This document shows, one piece after another, positions 39,935 through 52,763 of a stretch of DNA of 64,000 nt. The notes under the pieces are model-generated. The model was given only the letters and a program-made list of their open reading frames with translations, searched no databases and was not told the DNA's origin. Positions within the stretch are counted from its first letter, which is position 1; each line of letters opens with the position of its first letter. The DNA lies in NCBI GenBank assembly GCA_024137785.1, contig JAHRHZ010000125.1, positions 7,172,312-7,236,311 on the forward strand. Reading direction: 5' to 3'. Both the position numbers and the translations under genes were made by a program. This DNA comes from Ginglymostoma cirratum. Lineage: Eukaryota.

Positions 39935-41508
39935 CTTAAGGTTCTTACAAAGATTTGTAGCTCGAGTTGTGGATGAACTAGCTGGTTATTGTACAAGGGT
40001 CTAGGCCCGAAACGTCAGCCTTCCTGCTCCTATGATGCTGCTTGGCCTGCTGTGTTCATCCAGCTCTACACCTTGTTATCTCTGGTTATCGTACAGTTGT
40101 TTCATCACCATGCTAGGTAACATTATCAGTGCAACTTCCGATGAAACAATACTGTTCTACTCTGCTTGGTATTTATATGATCCGATCTGTTAAGTTGGGT
40201 TGTGTCATTTCTGGTTCTGTTCTGCATGGGTTTGTATATAAGGTCTAATTCCATACCGTTGTTGATTGCATTATGGGTTGAAAACCCGGTTGAAAACCGG
40301 GTGTAGGAATTCCCGTGTGTCTGTGGTTGGCTTGAGTTAGGATGGTCACGTTGTCCCAGTTAAATTGTTGGTCTTCATTGTCCGAGTGCACTGAGATGAG
40401 GCAAAGTTCGTCGAGTCGTTTTGCTGCTAGCTAGTGTTCGTATATCCTGATGGCTAGTTTCCTTCTGGTCTAGCTGATGTAATGTCTGTTGCAGTCATTG
40501 CAAGGTATTTGGTAAACTACGTTGGTCCTGCATGTCATGATTATGGGGTTTTTGGTCCTTGTACTTGTGATAGAGTGGCTGTGGGTTTGTGTGCTACCAT
40601 GATTCCTAGTGGTCGTAGGAGTCTCGTCGTCACTTGTGATATGTTCTTGATGTAGGGTAGTGTGGCCAGTGTACTGGGGCGTACACTTGGCATTGTCTAT
40701 CTAATAGGCACCCGTGGATGAAGTTGTTGGGATATCCATTGTTAGCAAAGACCTTGTATAGGTCCTCTTCCTCCTTCCTGCACAGTTCTGGCATATTGCA
40801 GTGAGTTGTGGCCCATTTGAATAGTGTCCTAACCCAGTTTTGTTCGTGGAACTTGGGGTGAATGCTGTGGAAATTGAGGATTTGGTCAGTGTGAGTTGCC
40901 TATATACTGTGGTCTGGAACTCCCCATTGGTCATTCGATCTACCTTGACATCTATAAAGGAAGTTGATTGTTGTCTTCCTCTTCTCTCATAAATTTGGTC
41001 CCGGTGAAAACGTTGTTAATGAACCACCCTACGACAAACATTCTCAAGGACCAAAAATCCCATACCCATGACATGCAGGATCAACGTAGTTTACAAAATA
41101 CCTTGCAATGACTGCAACAAACATTACAATCGGCCAGACAGGAAGGAAACTCACCAGCAGGATACACGAGCACCAGCTAGCAGCAAAACGACACAATGAA
41201 CTTTGCCTCATCTCAGTGCACTCGGTCAATGAGGGCCATCAATTTTACTGGGACAACGTGACTATCCTAGCTCAAGTCAACCACAGACATGCACGGGAAT
41301 TCCTGGAGGCCTGGTTTCCAACTCATAATGCAATCAACAATCATATGGAATAAGGTCCCATTTACAAACCCATGCAGAACAGAACCAGAAATGACATAAC
41401 CCAACTTAACAGACCAAGTCATATAAATACCAAGTGGAGTAGAACAACATCGCTTCATCGGAGGCCGCACTGAATGACTAGCCAGCTCAGCGAGCAAGCT
41501 GACAACCT
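39935..41508. mobile_element. Poseidon-type PLE with inverted structure: minus arm ~39935-41020 (RT end + GIY-YIG), plus arm ~41025-41508 (GIY-YIG)
   Basis: ORF 41108 GQTGRKLTSRIHEHQLA...AREFLEAWF; ORF 40701 NGEFQTTVYR; CATRCAAGAGA at 39924-39934 and 41509-41519. Confidence 0.9.
39996..40081 (+). mobile_element. Neptune-type terminal-repeat fragment nested in the Poseidon terminal repeat, 14-bp TSD
   Basis: CTGGTTATYGTACA at 39982-39995 and 40082-40095. Confidence 0.88.
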
Positions 41509-41864
41509 CATGCAAGAGAAATTGGTAACCTGGTGACTCCGGCTCACTGGTTGCTCATCCAGATTTCCATCTTAGACACCAGTCACCAACATCTCAGAGC
41601 GCTTCTAGTAAGCTCCACGCACATCGTTTGGCATGCTCCTGGCGAAGCCATCAAGGCCTCAGAGGTCTGAACAGCAGCAAGAAAAATTGCATGGAACATT
41701 GTGGGGGGTCATTATAGCATGATGGTGGACATTACTCTACTGTAGGTCCAGGGCCCAGGGGATAATGTCGAGAACTAGACATAATCCCATAAGGTGTGGG
41801 GAATCTGTGGTGGCTAAGAACTGATGGGCTGGCTAGCGTATGGGTCATGAAGGAGCATAATCTA

Positions 41865-42400
41865 TTAAGTTTTTGAGAAGACTTGTAGCTCGGGTTGTGG
41901 ATGAGGCTGTACACTTGCTCGCCGAGCCAGTGTGTTTGATTGCAGATGTTTCGTCACACTTCCAATTCTGTTTTTCAGTGATTTGTATATCGGTTCCAGT
42001 TCAATGTGTTTGTTGATGGAATTCCAGGTGGAATGCCAGGCCTCCAGGAATTCCTTGGCATGTCCCTGTTTGGCTTGTGCTATTGTGAATGTGTTGTCCC
42101 AGTCAAATTCTTGTCCGTATGTATTGAGACCAGTGAGAACTGGTCATGTCTCTTGGTGGCTAGTTGGTGTTCGTGTATCCTTATTGTCAGTTCTCTTCCA
42201 GTTTGGCCTATGTAATGTTTCTCACAGTCCTTGCATGGTATTTTGTATATTACATTAGTTTTATTGGTTGAGAGTATGGGGATCCTTTACGTTTGACAGT
42301 AGCTGTCACATGATGGTTGTTGGTTTGTGAGCTACCCTGATACCTGGGGGTCTGATATGTCTCTGATGTGTGTGTCTGTCTTCTTGTGGTCTGTCGCAGA
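41865..42400 (-). mobile_element. Poseidon-type PLE 3' fragment with internal deletion
   Basis: Homologous to 39935-41020 and 62251-62590; GIY-YIG remnants. Confidence 0.85.
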
Positions 42401-43218
42401 CGTAATGGCGGATTGTGCTTTTTGGGTATCCATTCCTTTGAAAAACTCCATATAAATGCTCCTGTTCTGCTTTGCATAATTCTGTGTTGGAATATCATTG
42501 ACGTTGACGAGATGGGACAGCAGTAATAGTGTTTGGATTAGGATGATGAGGATATTGAACAGGAGGAGCTTCATCTTCTACACAGTAAAGCATAGCAGCA
42601 GCAAACACAACAAGCCAGATGAGACTTAAACGACACCCAGTTCCAGTAGCTGACAGCTGGGTGCAGCGATCATTCATTGATCACCAACAAATTTGCAGTC
42701 AAAGCCCAGCAGTTCATGCTGTTCCCAGAAGCAAACACAGCTTTGAATTGGTTTTTGTTCACTTTTGCTGTTACTGAATAAAAGTGAACACTTTCAACTG
42801 TTTGAAATATTAAACGTTTGAAACATTCCAGTATGTGATGGTCCTACACTGGAGAGCAGGTCGCACTCACTTAGCATTGGAAGCTGTGTAGCTTCAGTCT
42901 TAAATAGCAATAGAAGTAAAAATGTGCACTCGTATGTGTAATGAAGCGTAAGTTTTGCCACCTATGTGCCTTGAGAAGCATCGGTTTGTGCTTGCATACC
43001 TACTTCACCCATGGAGAATGGCCAGCACTTGACTGAGTGCACAGCTGGACTTGAAAGATGGCATTGGCACCAGGCATCCTGGGATATCATGGCAGTAGAG
43101 CATACATCTGCCTACAGCAGGTGGGAGAAGAGGACAAGGCGGGCCATCACAGGGACGTGGTGCATAGTTGATAAGGTGAGTTAGGAAAGATTGCACGAGA
43201 AATTTCAAGGCCTTGTGG

Positions 43219-43694
43219 AGATTCACTGTTAATAAGGGTGATGACAGCAATAATGGGGATCTCACAGTTCCATTGCAATTTTGGTAGGATTCACCTCATT
43301 TTTCTAATTTTAATAACTTCACTAATCTGAACTTGGCTAATTTTCTTAAATTATTTTCTCTTCTCCTTGAGAGAGTCTAGCTTTTTGTAACAGGAGAAAT
43401 AAAATAGATCGATGAGCTGGAAGTACCACATTGGAAAAATTATTTTGATTATTTTGAAATGCCAATTACTGTGTAAAGGAAATGTAATGAGTAGAATCTT
43501 ACAGGGCTCTGAACAATATGTATCTTGGCAAGAAATCTGAAAGAATCACATGAGAAGTCAAGTGAAGCCTATCTCAACGTCGGGAACAGTTAGTGCATTT
43601 TCCAACAAGAATTCCGGATATCAAGTTGAGATTCTTGCTACAGAACAGTGAGATGCCAATTATTGTTGTCATCACCCTTATTAACAGTGAATCT
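43219..43694. repeat. ~52-bp inverted repeat pair (43219-43270 and 43643-43694)
   Basis: agattcactgttaataagggtgatgac... mirrored by ...gtcatcacccttattaacagtgaatct. Confidence 0.85.
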
Positions 43695-46600
43695 CACCTC
43701 AGTAATATGCAGGTTTGTGTCATATCATGGGACAGACAGAAACCAGATGCCGAGAATTCCTGACATCCGAATCAGAATGGGTACCTGGCAACTCCAGATT
43801 GTTGCTTGCTCTTCCGGACCTCAATCTTGGACACTTTGCACCAGTGTTTCACGCGTGTTCCAGAGTACTGGCCATACAGACCACACATCCGTGAATGCTG
43901 ACATTTGACAATGTGCCAAACTCTCCACACCTTCATATTGCTGCTCCAAAGTGCACGTCGCCATTTCAATGCTGCACCATGAAGCACACCACATGAGTAG
44001 GATTGGAATGCTGTGCAAGGGACAGACTGGACCAGGTTGCATCTCTGGGTTGCGTGCCAAAACCTCACACAGTTAGCACCTACCTAGTTGCTTACAGCAT
44101 CTCTGCTTTGCCTGATCTTGTCTTTTTTTGTACTCTGTCTCTTCAGCCTCAGTTTAAAGCTTCACAATACTGCCGTACTTTCATTCAGTGCAGACATAAA
44201 ACCAGGCAACATATCATGCTGTTCATCAATCATTAGTTCAGGGGTCAACTCGCTGCCTCGATCTCGCACCTACTCAGTGCTTACTCAGATAATACATTAC
44301 ATGTGCTGCAAACAAATGTCTCAAAGCCTGAAGGAAGTGGTGAAATCAAGGGAAACACCTGGCACTCTTGGTGAGGTTCGGTTCCAGCACAATAATGTAA
44401 AGCCTTCGCTATCAGTTTGGAAGTGTAAGCATGGTCACTTGGTAGCTTGGACAGTCATGGTCAGGATTCTCTGCTCAACAAGGGGTGAGTTGCTGAATGG
44501 AGGATGTCAAGATATCCTGGCAGTGGTGACGAGTGGGAGAGCTGAGCTAGCACTGAATGAGACAGGCATCATAGAATTGTGGTAGGAAGCTAACAAGGTA
44601 AGTTTGGAGTAATAGCACAAGCAAATTTGCTAGGCCTCTCAGACAGAGACCCTCCATGACGCTTGGTGAAAATGACAGCCAACTTACCGTAAGTTTCAGC
44701 CCAATAGCTTTGCCATTGGAGGTAATATTGACCACACCGCCTTAAATTGATTCCTGTTGCATGAATTACTAAGGTTAAGTGTTGGCAGATTTATTGCATG
44801 TAATTGCTAATGACAAATATTTGTAGTAATGAAAGATGGCAACAAAGTTACTTCAGTCCTTGAGTACAGGTCCCCAGTTATGAAGACAGATTAATTTCAA
44901 ATTATAACGTCAGCTACTAACAAGAACACAGATGTCTGAAATGACAAGGAATCACACATTTTCACCTAGAACATGATGCATTGTTCATCCACCTCAGCAC
45001 AGGGTTCAGATAGACACTGACCTCTGGGACCTGGGAGGTCTTTTACCTGTTCTGAGCTTGTTTTCCAGTTGTCTACTCCAGTTGGAGGTGATGGTGATTA
45101 TAACCATTGCATCATCACGTTGTCAGTCAACTTCCTGCCTGTATCTAGAGGGAAGTAGTGTGAAGCAAGCTTCAAGCACTCTCAAAAAAGCATTTTGGAG
45201 GTAATGTAATAGTTAAAGGCAGGTGAGTTTAACAGAAGGGAGATCTAAACTTTCCTTACATTGTCTGGAGGCACGTTATGCTCCTCAAGGCCCTATAGAA
45301 AAAGAGGGACTCTTCAGTTTCCCAATTCTCATCATCTGGTGTGAAAACCATGGGGCTTCTCCGGTCAAACCAAAGTAAAATTATGGCAGGGAATCAAGGA
45401 CATTAGAAAAAGCAAAAACCATATAGAAAGTAGAACCTTTCCAGCCTTAGCTGCCTGTCTAGAAGCGTCCTTTACAATCTGGTGGGTAAGTAAACTAGAG
45501 CCCACCTCCTCGTAAACCAACAGATGGGTGGACTTAAAATCCCTTCCCACCCAACCACGAGTTCAGATCCAATCCAGACAGATAGGATAAAAATCTTCTC
45601 ACCCTGCTGGCTGTAAGGTTCCTATGTCTTGCACCATCTTGCTCCAGTAGCTGAAGGATAAGATACAAAGGTGGGAGGCAGCAATGGGGGATTTAAAAAA
45701 GATCAATAAATGGGGAAGGGAACATTAAATATACGCTGAGATAGCAACTATGACAATTTCACAGGTAGTCGATCATTACGGCATTCACTAAACTTATCTA
45801 AAAATACAGTAAAAGCCATTTAACAGGGATATTGCAATCGTGACAAACTTATCTAAATCAACCAATTGTCAGTGACTACTGTACCTGTGGATCCTTAATT
45901 CAATGGTTTCTATTATTGATTACTGCATCGTATTCAATTTTGAGATTTCACTATCCCATTGGTACCCAGGACCGATTCTTAATTTTTCAGCTGTGTTTGA
46001 GTTTTGGTAGAACAGCTGAGTTTCACGGCTGACTGAAATGCCAGGAGACTGAGAACAAGATGATCACTAATCAGGGAGGCTACTCAACAAATCTATCAGC
46101 TATAACTCTCAGTTCGGATTGAATAGCTGTAAAAATGTGGATTCTCATTGTTGGATGCTCAGTCTTGTACCTCCCCACTCAGTAAGTTACCCAACTAATT
46201 GGCATTTTAAACAGATGGTACCCTAGTCAGCTGAAATATACCAATATTTCAATGATGTTTTGTGATTAAAATTCTATTAAAAACTAATTGCAGTTGTCTT
46301 GCCTCAGTGTTTATCCAAATGGATGGATACTAAGCCAGCAAGCCAGTTCACAGTAATAAATTAGGGCAAATCAGTTTCCTTCTTTCTAAAGTAGACTTAA
46401 ATGGCTTATACTGCATTGGATTTTTCAATATTTATCTTCTATCCCTTGTTAATAGGGCTAAACATGTTCATTCAGATTCATGCTGTATCAAGTTCTCTGC
46501 TGAAAATGCAATTGCTTTGAAGCCATGCTTGGGGCGGTTATAAGAAAACTTAGTGAGTCACCATCTACTATTCCTTTAAATGTTACTTTTTAAACATTAA

Positions 46601-47446
46601 GTTTGATATCCTGAACTCTTAGCACTGCTACTTAAAATTGTTTTGTACACTGACAGAAAGTCTTTGTCTGGCTGGTTGAATAGTGTGGGCTGTAGGAATT
46701 TGGTATATTTATACGCTCTGTGTCACTTGTTGAAATCTCGGATAGGAATTCTGTAGCTACGCATTTCAAAATCAAAAACAACCATTTTTAATGAGCAACA
46801 ACAAATTTTCCATTTAAAATTTCTTTTAATTTCAATAACAAATTTGAAACTAACTTTTAAATTGTAACATTTATACCTCAGAAAGAGTTCTAGTGTCTCA
46901 GATCTCACCAACTTCAGTCTTACCAATCACTTCCCAAAGAGAGAAAACTGAATTAGTCAAAGTAATATATGTTCTAAAGTATCCTAAGTAGGATGATATG
47001 GTGCATCGTAAATTTAGCATTGGTATACAGAGAGAACTGAACTCTCTCTTTCAGAGGGGCCTCCTAAAGGACAAATTTGAGGGAAAGTGTTACTTTCCAT
47101 CTGCTTGCTCCATACAAATGAGAAACCCTCCTTCTAGGTCTGATAATCATTCACAAAATCAAAACATCTCTCCAATAACCCGTTTACAGCTCACGAAAAA
47201 AAAGTCAGTGAAAATATTGCCAGGCCTGGAAAATATATTAAAATGACATTTTTTATAAATGATATACAGGTTGCAACTTATTTTTTCAAAATAGTCACTT
47301 TCTCGGTTAAATCCGGAGTGCAAAATGAAAGATCATGGACATTCTCAGTGAATGTAGCGTAATACATGCTATTTTCCCAGCTCTTCCACAAACACATGCG
47401 CTGCTCCTACTTATGTTTACTTGCAAGATATGAATATATGTCTCAC

Positions 47447-47550
47447 CCTGAATGGATTGGACTCGACGAAAGAGCCACATTGTCCAAGTTGTCTCCTTCC
47501 CAGCTTAAGCGATATGAGGAGTCCTTGTCAGGGCCCTTGGCCAGAGCTAC
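47447..47550 (-). CDS. ANK2: ANK2 exon, 104 nt: [34 protein letters not shown](G)
   Basis: ctgcag acceptor, gtgaga donor; [14 protein letters not shown] is the ANK2 motif; phase 0 to 2. Confidence 0.95.
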
Positions 47551-48054
47551 CTGCAGTTTCAGAGAAATACTTATTTTAGAGTTAATGCAGCAATTTTTGT
47601 TGCGTAACCTCTGATTATACTGTCTACATAAAGTTAGAATCAATGCACATGCTGAAAAATAAGAGTAATTGAAGATCCTTCATTTCAAAATCAATTAAAT
47701 TGTTTATGGATGCATATAATAACTTCCCATTCTAAGTAATATTAGAATTCTTACCAATAAAAACCACTTAGCACTAAATTTGTTTTGAAAGGTAAAGCAA
47801 AACATCCAAAGTGCTACAACATTCCTTAGCATTCCAACTTTACTGAGGAGAAAGTGCAAACAGAAGATTCAAGACCAATTTTCGAATAAACCAAAATGGT
47901 ATAACTCATTAGATGTACAGCAAAGAAAATTCCTTTTAATTAGTGAAAATATTGTGTGTCGTTTAAAAATTCCCCGAGGCATTTCAAAGCATAAGTATAT
48001 ATTAAAACAGCAAAAATGCTATTCAGACTGCATCCAAGCTGCAATGTTACATAC

Positions 48055-48157
48055 CTGGCTACTTGTAGCTGTGATTAATTCTTCAATCATGGCACTGTCC
48101 CTCTGGTATGGGCCATGGCTTGGTGTGTTGGACCTGTCTGAACTGAAGGATCGTAGG
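48055..48157 (-). CDS. ANK2: ANK2 exon, 103 nt: (S)LRSFSSDRSNTPSHGPYQRDSAMIEELITATSSQ
   Basis: Within ORF 48019..48243; catcag acceptor, gtatgt donor; phase 2 to 0. Confidence 0.93.
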
Positions 48158-49445
48158 CTGATGGGTTGTTCAGTTGCCATGGAAATGCAGGAGCAAAGTG
48201 ACGATGTGATGGGATAGGATGGGCAGGAGAGTGAAGAAAGCATGCTATTAGCATATTATGCAACTTCCAGGGGACTAGGATTTAATAAAAAGAAAATAAA
48301 GCAGGAACACTGGCAGCATTCCCTGCGTTCAAGGGACAAAATGGTCAAATCCTAACTCCTGGGAGCAGTCAAAATAGAAACAGTCCCCACAAAACAGTTT
48401 AATGATGATAGCGGATTTAAACTGAAGGAACAATAAATTGTGAGCTACTCTGCTAAATAAACAAATACGAGGTGTTGCACAGAATTATGGTTTATTTTGC
48501 TTTTATTTCAATTTTAATTATTTAAAATATCCTAAATTATATGGGAAATAACTGAAAAACTGGAATATTTCCTGAACTGCATTATCTGACATGAAGAAAT
48601 AAAATTGCATTTGATAGAAGTAGATAGCACCTCCTCCACTCGAAAAAGCTCACACTTTAATTATTCAAACCATGACTGATCTAAGAGAATCAGAAGGCTT
48701 TAAAGGATATATCTTTGGAGTACACAACATGCAATTAAAGAATTAGAAATTAACTCCAAAAATCCCAGAGTGGTGTTGAGCAATCTCGCTGTTGGCTTTA
48801 TGCAAATTTGTTCACCAACATAAATGTTAATCTTTCTGTAGAAACCCCTGGAAGGTACATTGAGGCAAGTGCTAGTCAGTCACATATGACTTACATTAAT
48901 TATGTGACTGTGCTGTGTACCAAAAGGCCTGCAGAAGCTGCTAGTATATTATAAGCAGATATTTAGAGGTGCAGTTATAATCACCTTCAACCCTGCAAGA
49001 TCACATACTTGAGTCACATCAGAAAGAAGTCGACTATGAGCAGACATTAAAGCCAGGAACTTACAAAGTTGTTCAAGTTGGATTGCTCACAATGGCAAGG
49101 GCTTCCACCGTCAGGTGATGCAAGTGAAAAGCAACAAAAGAAAGAAATGGGAAGTCCAGTGGATGAGTTTCAACTTAACAACAGGAGGTTCGCGTAATAT
49201 GATGGCAGCATAGATCACTGAAGCTGGTAAAGAATTCAAACCATTTTTTTTCTGTTTATAGAGTTAAGGAGAATTGAGTGCTATTATGAGAAAGGAGACA
49301 GTTGAGTTTGCAATTTATCAAAAAGGAACAAACTTACTGGGCCAATAACCATTTTTCCCATTCTCAAAGATTCTTATGTACCTATTTTATCCTCTAGAAC
49401 TGCGACTATGCCGGTACTCTCTGGAACAGCCTCTCTCAGAGTCTG

Positions 49446-49577
49446 GCAGCATCAGGGGAGCAGGAAAGCTGAAGTTTCGGGTCTGGACCCTTCTTCCTCT
49501 GATGCAGCCTGGTCTGCAGTGTTCATCCAGCTCCACACCTTGTTATCTCAGACTCCAGCATTGGCAGTTCCTACTAT
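49446..49577. mobile_element. Short inverted Neptune-type terminal-repeat insertion, 15-bp TSD
   Basis: CTCTCTCAGMGTCTG at 49431-49445 and 49578-49592. Confidence 0.8.
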
Positions 49578-51311
49578 CTCTCTCAGCGTCTGCCTTGTGT
49601 TCAATGTTCAAAACTCCTTTGATTTTTGCACTCCTTTTAAAGTCTCACTTTCTTTTGGTTGCCTATTCATTGCATGTTGTTTAATTGAGATTGTAATTGC
49701 TGCCTCAGATAAGAAATCTGGTCCCTTATAACTGTATGGCAGTTTTACGAATCATTATTGCACAAAATATGCAGAACTTTTAGCACAGAAACAAAGTATG
49801 CAGCTCAATTTGCCTACGTTGGTATCTATGCTCCATATTAGCCTTCATCTACTCTATTCTGCTTAACCCAGCATGATATTTTATTCCTTCTCTCCCTCAC
49901 AGACTTATCAGCTTTCCAATAAGTGCATCTCTCTTATTCGTTTCAAATGCTCGCTGCATAATTCCATATTCTTACCACACTTGGGTAAAAAGATGAATTC
50001 TTGCTGGATATATTAGTTAATTTCCTTTATTTATACCATCTAGATTTGGATTCCCCACAGTGGAGACATTTTCTGTACATCTATTTCATCAAATAATTTC
50101 AGAATATTTAAGAGGAAAATTATCCCCCATCCTTCCACTTTCCAGAGAAAACAAAAGCCCAACCTTTTCAGTCTTTCCAACATGGTAAACCCCTTTGTTC
50201 TAATAATGTCCTGTTTAGCACTTCAACTAGTGTCTCAACATCCTTATGATAATGCTGTATTATTCCAGAGCAATGCAAAAATATCTCAAGGGCAACTTTC
50301 TTTCTAACGTTCTGGATGGTGGCTGAAATAAATGGAACAAAATTGCAGCATGTTCTCTGATGGACAGGTGACCTGCTTTGCCAGATTACCTTCTGCAAAA
50401 TTATATAAATTGCATTCCTCATGTTTGGACTTATCTTCATTCCAACAGTACAGGGAAGCATTGTGGTTGGCTAGTGGTACATTTCTGAGCGTTTACAATT
50501 TCACAGTAGGTTTATGTTTTTGTAAAATGTGATTTATAAGTCACTTATGGCAATAACATTGATGATAAGTTGGTGTTTTGATCAGCCAAGTTACATTATT
50601 CTGCCTAGCACACAATTATTTGTCAGACATCAATCAGTGTCTATTCTTGCATATTAAAATGTTCCAGCAAGTAATACACATTTGAAATGCACCAAGGAAG
50701 AATGCTTTCTCAGGTGACACAGAATTGTCACCTCAAACACAAAGAAACCTGACTATACATAACAATTTTTTGAAATGGGTAAGTTTGGAGAGAGGATTTT
50801 TGACTGAAAGCATACTTCAGTCTGACAGAAAAGTATTAGTTTCAGGAGATTTACATCTAAATCTTTGTTTTATAGAAACTAATTTCCTTATCCCTGGAGT
50901 TGCTAGTATACCTGCTGGTGGGTGAAGTCACCGACAAGGGTATTCCCATTTATCTGACAAAAGTAAACAACAAGGGTATGTAACTATAGTACCTCCCAGG
51001 AAATCATACCAGCCGTACGGAATGCAACATAGGAGGATCCCTGGGTAAGGGCAACAGGATAACTCTGAAGCCAATTTGAAGTCAAATTCTTCACTTCAGA
51101 TAAGGGAGCCATGTGTGATACCATTGCAAGTAACTGTCAGTGAGAAAATTCTTAATAAGAAACAAAATAACTAGCTAGCAATTTTCTTCTCCAAATTTGA
51201 CTGGATTTGGTAAAGATGCCAGTAAGAAAGGTCTGAGTCAGGACAGACCCAAGAACTCCCTTATACTGTCTTACCCCAAGAAATCCTTGTGGCAAATTGC
51301 ATCTTAATTTT

Positions 51312-51456
51312 TCTGAAGGGTCACCAGACCTGAAATATTAATACTGATGTCTCTCCACAGATGCTGCCAAACATGCTGAGTCTTTTCCAGCAATTTGTGT
51401 GTTTGTTTGATTTCTGATTTTTACATTCATAGTTCTTCCATTTTCATTTTTATTTA
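51312..51456 (+). mobile_element. Short PLE-type terminal-repeat insertion (family B), 13-bp TSD
   Basis: GCATCTTAATTTT at 51299-51311 and 51457-51469. Confidence 0.8.
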
Positions 51457-52307
51457 GCATCTTAATTTTACCTACCATAGCGACACGTACTGGATTTTTC
51501 TTGTGATTTTTGACACCATGCAGCTCCCTCAAATTTTTGTCAAAATCACATTATGAAATATTCCTTCTTATAGTAAGCATTTATGCGTAGCATATGGTTT
51601 TGAACACAATATTCAAAGGATCAGCTTACACCAGACTCAATAGAGAAATATACAAGTCAAGATGTTCATAATAATTAAACTACATTAATAATTTGTGCCA
51701 TTGAGCAACAACTTTTTTTTCTTTTATTTCTCTTTCTGATGTATTTTTTTTTAATCATCTCAACACTTAGGTTGAGATTGCTGGTGACATTTTCATGCGA
51801 CATTTACCCTGAGTGACTCAAGTACAAATGAGCTCTTGAAGGGTTAAGCGTATGCATTTCTCTTTCAAGCCTAAGGATAGCAAGTTCAGCGATGAAGATG
51901 TCAGGAAAAAGAACTGAAGCATTTCTCCCAGAGTTCTGCATTACCTTAATATGGCAGCTAAATAAGTCAGAGCAACAAAACCTACGTGGTTGGTTTCGGT
52001 ATATAGTCTATGTGACATGACAAAAGGTCACAATGAATTAAAAAATAATAATGTAATCATTTTCATATGTTATTAAAGCCTTAATAAAAATGCATAAAAT
52101 GCCAATGTCTATAAAATAACGTTCATAATTTCTTTTAATCGCAATACAATGCATTGTCTAATCCTGAAAACAGGCAGGCAGTACATCAGTGACAGCAGTA
52201 ATAGCACAAACAGTAAAATAGGTGATCACAGTAAACAGTAAAATAGATGTGACTGCTAGCAAGATGCAAAGAAAATCACATTTACAATTTTTTTCCACAA
52301 CAAATAC

Positions 52308-52352
52308 CTGGAAGAGGGAAACAAATTGTGTCTCTGCAGCAAGACTGTATTC
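52308..52352 (-). CDS. ANK2: Candidate 45-nt alternative exon, (R)NTVLLQRHNLFPS(S)
   Basis: atttttag|GAATACAG...TCTTCCAG|gtattt; phase 2-2, open frame, 400 nt from the 12-nt candidate. Confidence 0.45.
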
Positions 52353-52751
52353 CTAAAAATATACACCCAGCAACCCACTGGCTGAGGAAGAAAAATATAA
52401 AATCATAATCAAGCTTCGGCTCGCCTCCCCCCTCCCACCCCCATTTAGTCAATCAGTGGTAGCTTCCAGCTGAATAATCCAGGCTGCTGAATCTCAGGCC
52501 AGCAGTCACAAGAAAAAGAAAGGTAGTAATGGTAGCTGTTTCAGCATTATTGTGGTCTTGTAGACCTAGCCTGATGTGAGCAGCTTAGCAGTGAATGTAG
52601 GAAAACAAGTGATGCAGCCATGAAAGCAATTTCAGGATGCAAGGTGATTGGCTCAAGCCCCAACCCCAAGCAGATTTACCAGAGTGGTAGAAGTGCATGA
52701 CAGACACTGTCACAGCACTGTGACATTACTCTTGTGTCAAGGGCCACCTAC

Positions 52752-52763
52752 CTGTTTACACCA
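52752..52763 (-). CDS. ANK2: Candidate 12-nt microexon, (S)GVN(S)
   Basis: ctgttttccctctcctttttcatatgcttccacacag|TGGTGTAAACAG|gtaggt; phase 2-2, no stop, UGC just upstream of the 3' splice site. Confidence 0.65.

Noticed and set aside
44088-44585. 165-aa ORF
   Set aside because: No recognisable domain; non-ATG start in decayed repeat sequence
45047-45144. AG...CAG|gtaaaa exon-like segment
   Set aside because: In-frame TGA; lies within decayed transposon-like sequence
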